A stretch of 64,000 nt of DNA, taken from positions 1-64,000 of the forward strand of contig QPMI01000059.1 in the NCBI GenBank assembly GCA_004431415.1, in the 5' to 3' direction. Both the position numbers and the translations under genes were made by a program. The DNA is from Cyanophora paradoxa CCMP329. Taxonomy: Eukaryota > Plantae > Glaucophyta. Shown piece by piece: positions 24,201 to 36,900 of the stretch. The notes under the pieces are model-generated. The model did no database searches. It was given only the letters and a program-made list of their open reading frames with translations, and was not told where the DNA came from. Position 1 is the stretch's first letter, and every line of letters begins with the position of its first letter.

Positions 24201-27200
24201 GAGCGGCCTGTGCAGGATGCCGGTGGCGACAATGCCCTGTTTACTACCCTGCGCGAGTGCAGCGTCGACGTTGTCAAAGCACTGTTGAATGCACACCCGA
24301 GCCTTGTGCACACTACAGGTTCAATACGATTGAAATTTACGTTTAATTCGATGTCGACGTCTGACTCGAGCTCGGCGCTCGAGCTCGCGATCGGCTTTAA
24401 TTCGATGTCGACGTCTGACTCGGGTCGCGATTGCAGACGGGAGTGACCGCAGTCCGCTGACCTTCGAGCTGGCGAAGTCCGCTCCCAGCATGACAGCTCT
24501 AGCGGCCCTCGTCGATGCGGGGGCAGTCGAGTGGGGCGAGGATGCGGAATTCCTGCTTCGGCTCGCAACGGCGCCGGCGACACCGGGCGCTCCGTACCCC
24601 GAAGGCTGCGGGACCCTCGCCCGATCCATTCTGGCCCTCCCCGGCGCCGACCCTACGTCCATCTTTACAGCCCCGGAAGCCGGCCCGAACGCCCGTGACG
24701 CTAACGGCTGCACGCCGCTCATGACTGCCATTGCCGACGGCAACGAGGGCGCCTGGCGAACCCTTCTGGCGGCCCCGGGGGTCGACCTCGCCGCCCGCGA
24801 TCCAGCCGGCTTCACCGCCCTTCACTATCTGTTCTTTAATCTTTTTAATAATAATATGGATAGGTCTCTTAATGAAACGTTTTTTGTTATTTTGAGTATC
24901 CGTATTGTGTTGACAACGGGTAATAGTATTGTTATGATCTAAATGGTTCATATATTCCCTCCAAGGAAAATAAGTGATCAGATAAAAGTTCTTCACTACG
25001 CCGCCGAGTATGGCCTGAACAACGACAATGCCTCCGGGCCCCTTGCTTTCGGTGCCCTCCTTGATCTTGGCGTCGACGTCGACGTGAATGCCGTCACCCG
25101 AGCGGGGGAAACGGTCCTGCACCTCCTCCTCCAGAAAGAGACCACTGACACCTCGTTTGCAATGCTATCGAAACTCGTCGGTGCTTATAATTATATACAT
25201 ACGTTTAATCGATTCTCAGCGGTCCGTGCTTTGGTGAGCTGATCGGCCGCGGCCGCGACAGAGCGGAAGAAACTTGACCCCAACTTTGCGGACCCCCTCG
25301 GCCGCTCCCCGCTCTTCCTCGCCGCCAAGAACAGCAAGCGGTGGCTCTCCGTGGTAAAGGTTCGACTTTCTCAAGTATTACTCGACTGCGATATATATTA
25401 ATCGACGTCGACGTAAATATGCGCAGCTCCTCCTCAGTCTCCCCGACATCGATGTCAATGCAATTGCGGAGGGCGGACAGTGCGCATGCGCATGCGCTGC
25501 CTCGCATTTAATTTACTCCGCTGCTTGGTTAACGAAAACGCTTGCGCAGGACGCCGCTGTGGCACGCGTGTGCGGTGAGAGACTGGGAATTGGCGGAGCT
25601 GCTCCTGGGGGCCCCTGGGATCGACGTGCACCGCTCTCCGCCCGGCCATGTGTCCCCTATCTTTGTCGCCCTTCGTCCCACCACCACGGACGCCGCCGAT
25701 GCACATGCGTACGCCGATCGCGATAATTCAAATATTCCGGTGCTATATGCTGACGCCGACGTAATTATAAGCGTCGGCCACGGCCAGTGGCGATAGCGCG
25801 CATTCGTGAAGGCGCTTGTCGCTCGCGGCGTCCGTGCAGAAGAAGTCGACGAGTTCGGCGAGGGCGTCCTCCACTACGTGAGCTTAGCCAAAGCTTTTAA
25901 TTTTATGCGTATAATTTCGCTGCACAATCAATATTCGATTTTGCTGTCGCGGCTCTAATATAAGTGGGGCGGACGGCAGGCGGCGATGACACTGCGGGAG
26001 GACGCTCTGCCCGACGCCCTCGCCGCCGTCGGCGATATTCGCGCTGCATGCGCTTCAGGCACCGGGCAAGGCTCGCACCATGTTTCATTCGCGCCGGGGG
26101 TGCACGTGCCAGCCGCAGGCTCTTACTGCAAACGAACAGCTCAAACCCCCCTCATGCTCGCCTGCCATTGGGGGCGTTTCGAAGTCGCAAGACAGCTTCT
26201 TCCATTCTCAAATGCGGTTATGCAGGCGAGTCGGCGAGTCGAATGATGTCGATCTTAAGCTATAACTTTTTATTCGAAGTAATTAGATATTCGCCCTTCA
26301 ATTTATAGTATTTATGATCACCTTCACAGGACGTGGAAGGGAACGGGGCGCTGCACCTGAGCGCTGACTTCACAGGTGATGGCCTCGTTTTCCTGCGCGA
26401 GCTGCTGGGGGCCTGCCCCGCCGCCGCCCTCGCGCAAAATTGTGCACATGGGGCGAATAGCACGCCGCTCCACGTGCACGCGCTCCGGCAGCCGTGGACT
26501 TCGACGTCGACCGCCGCCGCCGAGCCTGATCCGGAAGTCGAGGAGGCGGCGCGGGCCTTTGTGGCCGTGTCCGACCTGCTCACCCTCGACGCCGCCGGCC
26601 GCACGCCCGTGCGCGCGCGCGCGCGCGAGCCTCCCCCCCCCCCCCCCCCCTCCCCCTCCCCCCGCCCCTCTCCCCCCCTCTCCCCGCCCCACGCCGTCGA
26701 CGTCGACGTCGACGTTGACGTCTGTCCATGTCCGCTCTGCAGCTGCACATCGCGGCAAAGGCGGCGGGGGTCGGCCCGCTCCTCCGCGCCATGCTGGAGT
26801 CTCCGAAGGCGGCTGCGGCGCTCTGCACGCAGGACACGCTCGGGGCGACGCCCCTCCAAGTCGGCTGCAGGGTGCATCAAAGCACATTAATCGTTGAACA
26901 TAATCCTTAAACTAATCTTTCTTTTGCAGCTCGGCCGGGCGGACGTTGTGGATGCGCTGCTGGAGGCGACCTACAGGACGGGGCGACGGCGGCCCTGGAG
27001 ATGCGCGACGCCTGGCCGTGGGAGATGAGCCCGAGGAGAGCGCCCCCGCCGCCCTCCGCCGCCTCTTCCGCGAGCGGGCGGCGGCCGCGGCGAACGCGCC
27101 GGCCGCGGCGCGCGGCCGGCCTGCAGAGCCAGACGAGGGCCCGGGTGTGGGCCCGGGGTCGGAAGGCCTAGCTATAGGCACGCTACCGAGCCTCGGCATC

Positions 27201-27236
27201 CCTTCGCCGGATGCGGTCCCCAATCCCAATCCCTAA
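21273..27236 (+). CDS. F-box + LRR + multiple ankyrin repeat protein, multi-exon (probably one gene; a split near 23.1 kb cannot be excluded)
   Basis: Spliced F-box LEQLP/DDVLLAVYRGV..LVRSLGAASRRLRHLC. LRR-like LTHLSLAHM, LKSLHTLNLSDI, LPNLRVLDLSHA. Ankyrin motifs NREGRTPFL/AVENGNLELARRLKEAGAD, NARDANGCTPLMTAI, DPAGFTALHY, GETVLHLL, GRSPLFLAA, TPLWHAC, QTPLMLAC, GNGALHL, GATPLQV. Stop after PNPNP at 27236, with AATAAA at 27243. Confidence 0.75.
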
Positions 27237-27544
27237 TCATTGAATAAAGCTGTTGATATCGATCGCGATCACGTGCACGATGTTGTATGCTTGTAGCTGA
27301 AGACGCAAATCAGCTCTCGCGGTCCTGCAGCTGGAGACGCGAGGCCGGGACTTGCAGTTGCAATTGCCGGCCGCAGCTAGCGCACAACTCACCCTCGACT
27401 ATACTCGATCACAAAATCGATACAGTTTACTTCCGAAGTTCAGGAATTTAAATTGCATTCAACTCGCCGCGAAAGCTGGGGCCTGGGCCCGGCGGCCGGG
27501 CCAGGCCCCACAGGCCCCAGCTGCTGAACTGCGCACGCGCGCTA

Positions 27545-27710
27545 ATTATATATAATTCATGATCATGCATTCATTAGCAATAGGGCCTGAGTGTTCATTC
27601 ATGCATGCATTCATTAGCAATAGGGCCTAATTATATATAATTCATGATCATGCATTCATTAGCATGATATATGATCAGGGTGTTCGAATTCATTAGCAAT
27701 AGGGCCTGAG
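27545..27710. repeat. Short AT-rich degenerate direct repeats between convergent genes
   Basis: ATTCATTAGCAATAGGGCCT occurs three times and TAATTATATATAATTCATGATCATGCATTCATTAGCA twice. Confidence 0.8.
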
Positions 27711-27888
27711 CTCCGGATTTCGCACTGCGGCACGCGCATTGCCGTGTCAGCTGGTGCCGGCGCAATTAACTCTTCTACGCAGCTGCTTCTATCCCCAACG
27801 CAGCTGCCCCGTACTTCATTGATATTACAAGACAGGGCGCAGTCCGCCACCTCGTGCCACTTCGCTGCCAGGCTGTCCCTTCGCTAGC

Positions 27889-29684
27889 CTACGGCCCGCC
27901 CCCGGCCCCTCCTGCCGGGCTTCCTCCCCCCTCGAATCGCGCAAGCCACGCGGCCCGGACCTGCCCCGGCCCCGAAGATCAGGTGAGCGGGCCCGGGAGG
28001 GGGGTACAAACAAACAGCTCCCCGCACCTGCTCCCGCACCGCCGCAGGGTTCGCGTCGGCCTGCGCGGGGAGAGGAAAGTCAGATGGCTCGGATAGGAAA
28101 CCAGGGGGGTAGAGAGCAAGCAAGGGGGTACCTGCTTCGCGGCGAGCTTCTTGGGCGCTGCGCCCTTGCGCTTCGCCGCGCCCTCGCGCGGGGCCGCGGG
28201 CGTGGCGGGGACCGCGGCTGGAGGCTGAGCCGGTGCCGGCGCCGGCGCCGGGCGGGGTACAGAAGAGGACGCCGCCGCTGGCGCAGGCGCCGCCGCTGCC
28301 GCCGCCGTTCCTCCGCGGGTAACGCTTTCGGACGCTCCTGCGGCCTCTGCCTCCCCCTCCCCCTTCCGCTTCTTCCCCTTCTTCTTGGCCTCCAGCTCTG
28401 CGGGGGGTACCAGGTCGCGTCGGCGCGCAATCTCGTACCCCCCTCTGAGGTTTCGCGTACCCGCCGCCTGGGCGCGGAAGATCGCCTGCTTGTCCTCCTG
28501 CCCCATGTCCCCGAACGCAGCCTGTGAGGGACACCGTGCGTTAGAATCAGGGTAGGGGGGTAGAGGGGGAGGGGGGTACGGGCTCGCCTCGAGCAGGGCG
28601 TCCTCGCGGTCGCCCTTCCGCTTAGCCGCGCGCCGTCTCGCCGCCGCCGGCTTAGCCTCCTCTTCCTCCTGCCACAGGCGTTCTCCAGTTAGATCCGAGG
28701 GGGGTACGCGCGCTCTCTCCGCACCTTTTCCTCCCCCTCCCCCTCCCCCTCCGCCTCCGCTTCGGCTGCCGCTTCCGCCTCCGCCTCCGCCTCCGCCTCC
28801 GCGGCGGTCCCCAGGCGGTGCCCTTGCCCCTTGAACTTGCCTGCGGACGCGGGACGCGCGCGTCAAGACGGGCGAGGAAAAAAACAGCAGAGCGGCGTCG
28901 GGCGGGCAGGCGCACCCTTTCCCTTGCCCTTGCCCTTGCCCTTTCCTTTCTCCTTCTCCGCCTGCTCCTCCTTGGGCTTCATGGTGGTCATCCGCTCGCT
29001 CTGGGCAGCGGCGGCGGCCTCAGCTAGCGGCGGCTGCTGGGCGGGCGCTCGGGCTCGGGTTCGCGCGGGCGGGCGGCGCACGGGTTTACTGAAGGCGCCC
29101 CACCCGACTGCATTCTGCGGCGTCGATGCTCAGCGGCGGCGGCGCGGGACGCGCGGCGCGTGCCGCTCTCGACGACCTTTGCTCTGCGGACGGCGGCGAG
29201 GAGCGTGTCGGTGCGCTCTCGGCGGGCGCTGGGCGGGCGGCGCACTTGATGCGGAAGCGCATCTTCGACTGCGGCGGGAGCCCTTCCAACCTGTGGTACA
29301 TCGAGTAGGCCCCGCCGTGCTGGAGCTGCTTCTCTGCGGGGCGGGCCGGTGCTCGCGGAGCGCAAGCGGAGGCCGATCGAGGAGGCCCGAGCGAGCCGCG
29401 CATCGCATCGCACCGTCCACGATGTGCTCGACGATCGCAATCTCGCTCCAGTCGGCTTCGGACTGCGACGGCTCCAGGCGCATTTCCACCGCGTACTCCT
29501 GCAGCGGGTTCCCGTAGCATCGCCGCGGCGGCACCCACTGCGGCCGCGCGTCGGGCCGGGGCAGTCGGGCGAGAGAGGCGCGTACGTGGAGCTCGAGCCA
29601 CGTGGGGCCGCGCCGGTGGCACTGCGGCGGATCTGGAGGGTCGGGCGCCCGCCGGATGCGCATGTCTCGGTCCTCGGCGGCCAT
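27889..29684 (-). CDS. Fibronectin type III domain protein with a Lys/Ala-rich low-complexity C-terminus, multi-exon
   Basis: FN3 hallmarks: APDPPDPPQ..GPTWLEL/WVPP..GNPLQEYAVE, YHRLEGLPPQSKMRFRIK, NAVGWGAFSKP. The intron motif appears as GGGGTAC on the plus strand, consistent with minus-strand transcription. Predicted last exon VRAAWLARFEGGGSPAGGAGGGP then TAG. Confidence 0.75.
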
Positions 29685-29738
29685 CCCTCGCCCGCGTTGG
29701 ATTCGTCGCTGTACCCGGGCGAGTCAGACCAACTTCGC

Positions 29739-31644
29739 ATGAGCGCAGTCCTACGGCCTCGGGCCGCGTTCTCCGCCTCGCTGCTGCCACTCTCGACCAG
29801 CCGCAAGCGTCCGCCCGCCCTCCGCAGCCAGCAGCGCGAGAAGAGCACAGAGACCATCCGCCGGCGTACGCAGAGGATCCTGGACGCGTCGCGGTCGCCC
29901 GCCCGTCTCAGCTTTTCGTCGCGCGTCTCGAGCATGTCCGGCCGCGAGCCCGTCGATCTGGAGGCCGAGCCCGCCGAGCCCGGCGCGGGCTTTGCCTCGG
30001 CGGCGTCCGCGTCGGCTCCGAACTCCGGCGAAAGCTGGTCGAAGGTGCACACAAGCGGTGCGTCTTGCAGCCCCGCGCCGGCGTGCCCTGGGAGCGTGAA
30101 TTCGAACTGACCGGGGAGCAGCGCTGTGCATCATCCCGCCAGAAGAGCTGTGGGAGCCGATCCAGTCGATCCGCCGCACGCACGACAAGCAGATCAACCG
30201 GTTCGACATTCGTTTGCGCTCGACCTCTAATCCCGGACCCGACCGACCTCGCTAGCGGGTCTTGCGTCTCCTACACCTAGGATTGCACTTTGACGCAATC
30301 TTTGCCCTGCCCTAACGATCCGTCTTCGTTCGCGGCCCCGCGCAGCTGGATGCCGCACATCAATGTCGCGTACCCCTTCTGCGGAGCCCGCTCCTTCCCC
30401 CGCGCGGCGGAGGCCCTCGCCACCGAGCTCGCATCCGTACCCCCCTTCCGCGTCCGCCTCGAGGCATTCGGCTACTTCGAGCACGGCGCGCGGTGAGCCG
30501 GGGCCGTACCCCCCCCCTCCCCCCTCAAGCATCTCCTCTAACCTGTACCCCTCAGGTCCAGCACCGTCTGGCTGCGCCCCGATGCGGACCCCCCCGGCTC
30601 CCTCCAGGCCCTGCAGGTCCCTTTCCGTACTCGCTACTCTGTTGTACCCCTACCCCTCCCTGATTCCTCCCCCCCCTGTCCAGGCCGCGGTCGTGCGGGC
30701 GATACCCCCCATGGACGATCTCTCGGCGCGCTTCGGGGAGTTCAGGCCGCACCTCTCCGTCGGCCAGTTCCGGGGCCGGGTGCCCTCCTTCCCCTTCGCG
30801 AATCCTGTACCCCCCCTCTCTTCTCATCCCCCCCTCTCCCAGCGGGACGCTGAGCAGGCGGCGGAGGGCTTCGCGCAGGGCTGGGGCGCCCTCGAGTGGG
30901 AGGTGCGATAATAAGATAAGACGTTTAGAACCACCGCCTTTATGAGCGGTTATTTCTACCTTTTTTACAATGTTTTAACGGCCCGAAGCCAGATTCGTCT
31001 AGACACCCGGGTCGGGCTTCGAATCCGAACGGGGACTATTTAGCTTTAGACTCCTTCCCCCGCTCCGCTCTCGATCCGAGGCCAGATTCATCGATATATA
31101 GCTAGACACCCGGGCTAGCCTTCGAATCCGAACGGGGACTGGATCTTTTGGTATGCATATGCAGCTTTAGACCCCTTTTGCTACGCTCTTGATCCGGGGC
31201 TCCAGCCTAGGGGCTCCGCCCCGCTCTCCATTCGCGCCGCCGTTACCTCTTTCTGCCCCCCTTCCCCCTTCCCCCCCTCCCCTCCCCCCCCCCCAACACA
31301 CCTCGAGATCTCCGCTCTAGATATGCGCTCTAGACTCAGTCCGAGATCGATGATTCCTCCCCCTAGCCTGCTTATCAAGATCTAAACTCATCCGAGATCG
31401 ATGATCCCTTTTTGTGCTAAGGGATGCATGCCTGAGGGCTCCAAGATTGCGCCATTGAAGCTCGCCCCGGCCCGCCCGGGCCACTCGCCGGGCCCTGCTC
31501 GTGCTCATGCTCATCTGATCTGATCTCTCCCCCCCCCAGGTGCGGGAGCTGCACATGATCGCTCGGGACGGGCCCGACGTCCCTTTCTCCGTCCGCGCCG
31601 CCGCGCCCCTGGGCGGGCGGGCCGCGCCGGCGCCCCGGCCCTAG
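29739..31644 (+). CDS. 2H phosphoesterase / 2'-5' RNA ligase-like protein; start at ATG 29739 or the in-frame ATG 29934
   Basis: Spliced KVHTSALCIIPPEELWEPIQSIRRTHDKQINRWMPHINVAYPF ... PPFRVRLEAFGYF..STVWLRP ... EFRPHLSVGQF ... WEVRELHMIAR. The two HxS/T-type motifs appear as PHIN and PHLS. Confidence 0.82.
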
Positions 31645-33925
31645 CTAGAGCCGGCTCGAGCTCCCTTACTAGTCAAGCTTCAGGGAGAACGCTCAGCGTA
31701 GTCCGATGGTCTAGGGACCGCTATAAGAAAGAATGCTTCTCGCTAGCTTCGCAAGCTTCACTTCTTCGAGGGGCGGAGGGAGGGGTGGGCCCCGTGGCCA
31801 GTGGGGAGGGACGAGTACTAGTGGCCATAGAGTCTCCAGAGTAAGCAGCGAAGGTCTTCACTTCGAATTCGCTTCTGGCCTCCGACCAAGCAATTGCAAT
31901 CAGCCCCGCCGACCTTTTTGATAGTTTGATTGCCTAAGCTTCATTGCCTAAGCTTCACTTTCTTCGAGGGGCCGGGGGGGAGGGGGGGGGAGGAGGGGGA
32001 GGAGGAGGAGGAGGGGGGCGAGCTCGGGGAGGGGGAGGGCGAACGGGGAGGAGCTCGATATCAATCGCGAGGGGGTGCACGTGAGGGGGCTTGGGGTACC
32101 GCACTGCGGAACCCCCTGTACACCATGTCATGTACCTGCCTTCTGAAGCTTGAGCTTCAAATTAAATCCAAATCATTTCAGATTTTATTACGCCCTCTAG
32201 AATCTAGATCGATCTAGACCTCGAGCTCGATCGATTGATATCCGCGCCCTCCGAAGGCTTCGATCCAATGATCCCGGGTCCGTCCGTATTACCGTATCTG
32301 TAGTACATAGTACTACGCGTACAGAAGGCTGGCATATGCATGCGCAGCAGCTACCTGGTAGCTGAGGCTGGTACGTAAATATAAGTACACGATCAGCGGC
32401 CCGTGAGTCCCGTGGCTCTAGATCTGGCGGCTAGCCCAGTAGCCTCTGTATAGGGCGAGTTCCGCGATCGCGCGCGAGGACCGTATACGGGCCGGGCGCC
32501 CCCGGCCCCCCGCCGCCCCGCCGGCCCGGCGCCGGGCCGCCGGGCCAGGCCAACGTCGACTGAGCCTCGGCCGCGGAGCCTGACTCTGCCTGAGTCGACG
32601 TCGGAGGCCGTAGGGCCGGCGTAGGCCCAAGCTACCCGGTATTTAAGGCCGCCGGCGGCCCGGCGGCCGGCCGCGGGCCGCGGGCCGCCGCGCCGGGCAG
32701 CGCCGGCGCGCGCGCGCGCGCCTGTACTTCTCGCCTCCGGCGGCTCACTTTGCGTAGGATGGGCCCGGGGCAATGATACTAGTTCAAAAACAGTTTCAAA
32801 AGTTTCCCGTGGCTATATATTATCCAGGCTATACCGTAGTACCGTAGTACCAGGCCAATACCAGCCCATACGTAAACCGATGTACGAAATTACTACGAAT
32901 CCTAGTAATTAAATATGTGACGTCCAAGTTACCCGAATACGAGGCAAAAAGACCTCTTTGGAAAAGAAAAGAAGAAAAACAGAAGCGTCCTACCAAGTAC
33001 AATGGTGGTCGCGGACTCCGATCGCGATTTGCGTGTTTTCGCGACTCCTAGGACCCCGAATTCGATTCGATCCCGAGTGGCACGAATTCGAACTTGGGAA
33101 GTTCCACGAAGTTAACGTTGGCACGAAGTTGCCACGAACTCGTGGATGCCGCAGACTCCGCAGTGCGCACGGGGCAGCGCACCGCAGACTCCGCATGCGC
33201 GCGCAGCGCTAGCTGCAGGCTGCAGCCTGCAGTCCGCGGACGTCGCGATCGACTCTCCGGGACTCCATGGCCACCAGTGGACCACCACTGGACCAGCCTG
33301 GCAGGCCACCAGCCTGGCAGTGGCACCACTGGCACGGTGGCCGTCGGTTGGACGTCGGCGCCGTCGCCGCCGACTTGCCGCGGCCGGCCGGCGCCCCTCG
33401 GTGGCACGCCGATATCGATCGCGATCGATCCCGGCGATCCGGAATTTTCTAAGTTAATGCATATGCGGATTCCCGCGGAACTTCGGAACGACCCCGGAAC
33501 CCGGGACCCGGGTACCCCCGTCAGGCCGGGCCAGCCGCTGTCAGCTACCGGGTAGCCGCTGAGCAGCCCGCTGACCTCTAGCAGCCCCTAGCAGCAGGCT
33601 CAGTGCATGCGCAGCCTCGCAGCCCTCGCTACCGTAGTAATACGCGTACTGCTTGCAGCTGCTGCTGATCGGGACCGAGATCGCTGCGCGCCCGCCGGGC
33701 CGTGACTCCCGGAGCTTCGCGGCTAAGCTGAGATAAACACATCGGCGCTTCTCTCCCTGGGCCTCGCGACCGCCGAGTCGAGCGCAGCCGTCAGCGCCCG
33801 GTGTACATGTGCGCGAAGCTTCAGCTTGAGCGCGCGCCGATGCCAGCGGCCCGGCGGATTCGCATGCGCATTCGGAGCCCCCGAGGGCCCATGCATATGG
33901 CCGGGAGCCACTGCAGGCGCTGACC

Positions 33926-36900
33926 ATGACTGGCAATATCAATGCACCCGCGGCCGGCCGCGGCCGGCCCCAGCTTGGCGGCAGCGCGCCAGGCCTAGGC
34001 CTGAACGTTAACGTCGACGAGCCCTCGGCTGCAGCGATGGGTCCCGTGCGCATCACACCATTGCCAGATTCGGCGGATGATCATGATGGTGGGATGGATT
34101 CGGCCGCGGATCCTGCAGCTAGATCTGGCCAGGCCCACGTGCACGTGCGCTCGCCAGAGCCGAGCTCGACGTCCACGGCCGCGGCCGCGAGCGCCGCGCC
34201 GTCGGACCTGCCGCCCATCCGCGTGCTTTCCATCGGTGCAGCTCCGCGCGCCCGGCCCGAGAATCACTTGCTCGGCCCGCGCTGACCGCGCCGCGCGCTC
34301 GCGCGCGCACGCGCGCGCAGACGGCGGGGGCGGTTCGAATCCCCAGGCTCCGCTCGCGCCGGCGCCGGCGCCGGCCGCGCGCTGCAGCTGACGCCCCGCG
34401 CGAACCGCAGCGGAGGGCCTAGCGGCAGCAAAGATACTGCAGTGCGCCCTGCACATGCCCCGCCAGCCCGCCCCTCGCCCACCGCTGATCGTGAGCGCCC
34501 GCCCTGCCCGCAGGCACATCGCGGCTCAGACCGGCAAGGTACAAATCAAATTACTCTGCCCTCGCTTTTTCCGAAACCATGCCCGTGCCGAACCATCCAC
34601 AATTCCGCCCCCTCCACCGCGCCGGCGCCCTCCGCGCAGGCCGTGCACGAGCTCTTCGACGTCGTTACGGGTTCGAGACGCCGCGGGGCCAGATCCGCGC
34701 CCCCGCGCGCACGTGGCCGGACGTCGACGATGCTGATCATATGAGGCGCGCGCGCGCATGCACGTGCAGGGACGGGTATGGGATCGCTGGTCACGTGCGT
34801 CCTGTTCGGAATCCGCCCCGACGGCCGGCCCCTCGTCCCCGCCGCTCAGATCGTCTCCGCTCTCCTGACCAGGCGCCCCCCTCCTCCCCTCCTGACCCCC
34901 CCGCCTCCCCTGATCATGACCCAAACCCTCAGCTTGCCTCTCGTCTTTTCCAAGAAAAAGCGGTACCCACTCGTCTTCCACGGCTCCCCTGTAACGTCCA
35001 TCCTCACGGGGTACGACGCAGGGGGCCCGCTGCGCACCCCAGCGCCGCGCCCACGCCGCCTCGCTACAGCGAGGTACCCGGGCCCCGTAGACGTACCCCC
35101 CGCGCCGTCCCCTCCGATACCCCCCCCGGCCAGGGCCCGCTCGAGGGGGTACTGCGGGAAGCGGTGGGGGACCTGCGGCTCAGCGATCTCGCCGCCTTCG
35201 TGCGCATTTTTCGAACCCCAGGACCCCAGCATTTGTTTTTTTACCCCTCCAAACGCCCTCTACCCCCCATTCAAGGCGGTCTTTCCTGCATACGATCTGG
35301 AGGAAAGGAGTCCCGTGTTCTTTTCCTCGGTACGCCCTTTCGCTTAAGCTTCCGCCCCCCGCGGCCGACGCCCGGCGCCAGGCGCAGGCGCTCGCCTCGC
35401 CTGCGACCCACAACCTACTCCTCCGTGACGTCACGAGGGCGCGCCCGCCCCGCCCCGCCCCGCCCCGCCCCGCCCCGCCCTGCCGTCCATAACCAAGCTC
35501 AGCCGCGCGATGCTCTCATTTTCTAGATCTTGTATAGAAATTTTGCAAGTTTTAGAAGCCCGCACCGCCCACCCGCCCCGCCCGCTCCCGTTTTGAATTT
35601 GATCCGGGGCCGGGCAGGCGGTTGCGATCTCGGGGTCGCTCTTTAAGCCGGCACGGCTGAAGGCACCCGGCCTGTACGAGCACAAGGACGCCTCGTCCCT
35701 CCAGTTCTGGTACCCCCCCCCAGCCCCGCGCCACCACTACCCGTCCCGAATCCTTTCTTTCGCCTCGCAGGACCCTTCAGCGCAACCCGGCCGTCTTCGC
35801 CCATGCCGAGGCCGCGCGCCTCTTCCCGGGTACCTAATTTTCCCCCGCCCGTGACGTCACGGCGTCCCCGCAAACGCCGCCTGAAGCCGAGCCATCCCGG
35901 CTCGCGTCCCGCTCCCCCCCTCCCCAGGCCGCAGTCTGCTCATGCTGTCCATCGGGGCCGGTACCCATGAGAAATCGCTCGAGTGCGTACCCCCCCCCCT
36001 CCCGTGCTGCCTAGACTCGCGGAGCACTCTGATGGGCGCACGTACCACCCGCAGCCAGCGACAGGCCACCTTCTTGAAGGACCTGGGGTACCCCCCACGG
36101 CTTCCCCCCCCCCCCCCAAAGCTGAGCCTGGGTGCAGGTGGCTGGCGCCGTCCCTCGCCTCTGCCCTCGTCTCAGAGCGCACGGCGACCGCGAGCGAGGT
36201 GCGGGCGTACGCGTGCCGCACCAATACGTATACCCCCCGCTTCTCCCCCCGGGTCCGAACGCGTACCCCATGCCAGCTCCTCTCGGGAGCGCTGGGGGAT
36301 GACTTCGTGCGCTGCGCGCCGGCGCTGGCGCCCGGCATCGAATCGTGCGCCACGCTCGGCCGCAGCCCGCTAGCGCTGTACCCCTCCGCACTCCTTCCCC
36401 TCTGCGGTCCTATAATTAGCGGTCGTACGCGTACCCAGGCTGGACGGCTGGCGCCTGGCGGACATCGGTCAGGTGAACTCGTTCCTCCGAACCGTCGGCG
36501 AGCAGGTGCCCCTCCCTTTCGGCCCGGCCCGGCCCCTTCCTTGTAATTACGCGTACCCCTCCCTCCAACCGCAGTTGTCCGGCGGGGAGCTGCGGGAGCG
36601 GTTGGACGCGTTCGTCGCGCGTCTCGCGCGAGCCAGGCGCGTTCGTTTCGCTGCAGCCGTCGACATCGCTAAATAAAGCCAAATTCGAACCGTATGCGAT
36701 CGCAGCGAGCACCCGCGGGCGCTGGGCCGGCCCCACGCCGCCCTCCTCCCCACAGGCTACGCAGTGGCCCCCCTCCCGCCCGCCCCTCCGACCCAGGCGA
36801 GGGATTCGGTACCCCGCCGGTACCCCCGCGTTCGCTGAGGAGGGGTACGCAGGCGGCGGAGGTGCTCTCTGACACGCGACTCTTCGGCTCCTCGCGCCTT

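Noticed and set aside
32200-33900. GC-rich palindromic stretches and short ORFs upstream of the patatin-ABCG gene
   Set aside because: No TIR/TSD pair or coding signal was found; most likely promoter and 5' UTR.
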